27,749 bases of DNA from Myxococcota bacterium (lineage in GTDB: Bacteria; Myxococcota_A; UBA796; GCA-2862545), in assembly GCA_039208735.1 (NCBI GenBank), contig JBCCQY010000120.1:1-27749 (forward strand), written 5' to 3'. This document shows, piece by piece, positions 26,383-27,749 of this stretch (its first letter is position 1; every line of letters begins with the position of its first letter). The position numbers and the translations under genes are program-made. Below the pieces are notes generated by a model that saw only the letters and a program-made list of their open reading frames with translations, made no database searches and was not told where the DNA came from.

Positions 26383-27423
26383 GAGGGGCAGTTGGTTCGA
26401 GATCTTGATTTCCGACGGTCAAAAATCGAAGATGCTGATCTCTCAGCCGCCAACCTCAAAGGGGCCAACCTCGAATTGGCCAACCTCGCTGGGGCCAGCC
26501 TCGAAAAGGCCAACCTCGAAAAGGCCAACCTCGAATTGGCCAACCTCGAATTGGCCAACCTCGCTGGGGCCAACCTCCGGAGTGCCCAACTCGGAAGGGC
26601 TCACCTCTTTGGGGCCAACCTCAAAGGGGCCTACCTCAAAGAGGCCAACCTCTTTGGGGCCTACCTCGCTGGGGCCTACCTCGCTGGGGCCAAACTCGAA
26701 GGGACCAACCTTAAGGGGGCCGACCTCGAATTGGCCCACCTCATCAACCTTCCAGTGGTCCCCATTTCCATCCTCGGTGCCCAATCGTTGGATGGCACTA
26801 CCGTGGACTGGCGCACAGTCGCCCGTATGCTCACCCTCCCCGATCCCGTCCACCTCCTCTGCCGCACCGGCATGCCCCACGTCACCGCCACCTACATGGT
26901 GGACTCCCTCCGCTCCATCGACGCCACGGACTTGTTCACCATGCTCCAAACCGTCTTCCTGTCCTACGGCCGCCCCGATGCCGAGTTCGCCGAACGCCTC
27001 CGCAACGAACTTACCGAGAACGGTGTCAAAACGTGGTACTTCCCACGCGACGCGGTGCCTGGTGAGCGCATCCACCGCAGCATCGAGCGCGAGGTTGGGC
27101 GATTCGAGCGCATGGTGCTCTGCTGCTCGAAGGCCTCTTTGGTTCGCCCTGGCGTTCTGCACGAGGTGGAAACGGTCATCGAGCGCGAGCGCGACGAGAG
27201 CATGTCCGATGTGCTCATCCCCGTGCTCCTCGAGGACATCTTCGAATCGGGCCGCACGCCGCCTGACTGGTGGCCCGAGAACAAGGTCGACGTCTACAAC
27301 ACGCTGCGCCGTCGAGTATGCGCCGATTTTCGGGAAGCCGTGTACGATGTGGTGAAGTGGAACGAGGAGCTTGGCAAGCTGCTCAAGGCGCTACGGAAAC
27401 GCCCCGAAGGCGATGCATCGTAG
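26308..27423 (+). CDS. Pentapeptide-repeat protein with C-terminal TIR domain
   Basis: About 20 ANLxx repeats. TIR motifs VFLSYGRPDAEFAERLRNEL..GVKTW, PGE, MVLCCSKASL..GVLHEV (catalytic-position Glu). Start GTG 26308 by homology to 349. Confidence 0.92.
   Translation: MAELPKPHGGMTPEEKGELLLRYVAEGQLVRDLDFRRSKIEDADLSAANLKGANLELANLAGASLEKANLEKANLELANLELANLAGANLRSAQLGRAHLFGANLKGAYLKEANLFGAYLAGAYLAGAKLEGTNLKGADLELAHLINLPVVPISILGAQSLDGTTVDWRTVARMLTLPDPVHLLCRTGMPHVTATYMVDSLRSIDATDLFTMLQTVFLSYGRPDAEFAERLRNELTENGVKTWYFPRDAVPGERIHRSIEREVGRFERMVLCCSKASLVRPGVLHEVETVIERERDESMSDVLIPVLLEDIFESGRTPPDWWPENKVDVYNTLRRRVCADFREAVYDVVKWNEELGKLLKALRKRPEGDAS
26449..26742 (+). repeat. 15-nt tandem array (20 units, consensus GCC AAC CTC NNN NNG)
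   Basis: Exact unit recurrences: GCCAACCTCGAATTG x3, GCCAACCTCGCTGGG x2, GCCTACCTCGCTGGG x2, GCCAACCTCAAAGGG x2. Confidence 0.92.
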
Positions 27424-27749
27424 GCCATTCCCAAGGACGCAGGTCGATGACCGCGAGTTGTCGTTCACGTTCGGCTGATCTACAATCCCCTCGCTCCTCG
27501 GACGCTCCGGGACACCTCAGGGAGTCCTGGAAACAACGGTTGGCCCGTGAGGTCCTCCGGCTCTTTGACAGCGTTGGTTGATGGTTGAAAATCCCGAAGC
27601 GGCGAACGCCATTGGCGGTCGTTGCAAGGGGGGTAGGGCAGTGAACAGAGGTGAGGTTTGCAATTCCGCCCTTGAAAGAAGGCGGTGAAGCTGCAATCTC
27701 AAGGGCCGCAGTTGCAGACCCCTGCGCGTGATGGAGCGCATTGAAACCG

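Noticed and set aside
26449..26742. Pentapeptide units as adenine-mutagenised DGR products (consensus GCC AAC CTC AAA ..G)
   Set aside because: The variable positions are simply the structurally free residues. Exact unit duplications fit slippage better, and there is no template.
26375..27355. 326-aa + strand ORF (GPTS repeats) and 239-aa - strand ORF 26443..27162 (EVG repeats)
   Set aside because: These are shadow frames produced by the 15-nt repeat inside the pentapeptide-TIR gene.
27621..27720. Several TGCAA/TTGCA motifs and a CCGCC..GGCGG hairpin at the right edge
   Set aside because: Possibly regulatory or iteron-like, but truncated by the window end and too short to call.

Overview
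High-GC bacterial accessory region with three parts. (1) 349-10961 is a MoxR/vWA 'ternary' conflict-type locus. It holds a pentapeptide-repeat protein with a C-terminal EAD-like (Death-like) helical domain and two paralogous VMAP-like proteins. These are followed by a MoxR AAA+ ATPase, a vWA-like protein with two FGE-sulfatase (CLec-fold) domains, a 50-aa ORF missing from the track, and a stand-alone third CLec protein. The five genes from 3805 onward are chained by four ATGA overlaps. All three CLec domains end in repeats with the codon signature of diversity-generating retroelement (DGR) variable regions. The 50-aa ORF looks like the stump of a DGR HRDC accessory gene. I see no reverse transcriptase or template repeat in the window, so this is either a fossil DGR or a set of remote (trans) targets. 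(2) 11250-16543 is cargo: a YHYH-LysM-TM-Zn-ribbon protein, a secreted protein, a membrane/PD-(D/E)xK-like pair, and a convergent tcmP / DUF5131 pair. (3) 16833-23052 is a phage-satellite/integrative-element-like core with divergent XRE regulators, a Zn-finger-Toprim-SF3 primase/helicase, an inverted iteron array and a Bro-N gene; no integrase is visible. After it come an EAD-like/PP2C-like fusion divergent from a short UDP-sugar dehydrogenase, and a second pentapeptide protein that shares its leader with the first but ends in TIR. All family calls come from reading motifs by eye, not from database searches.
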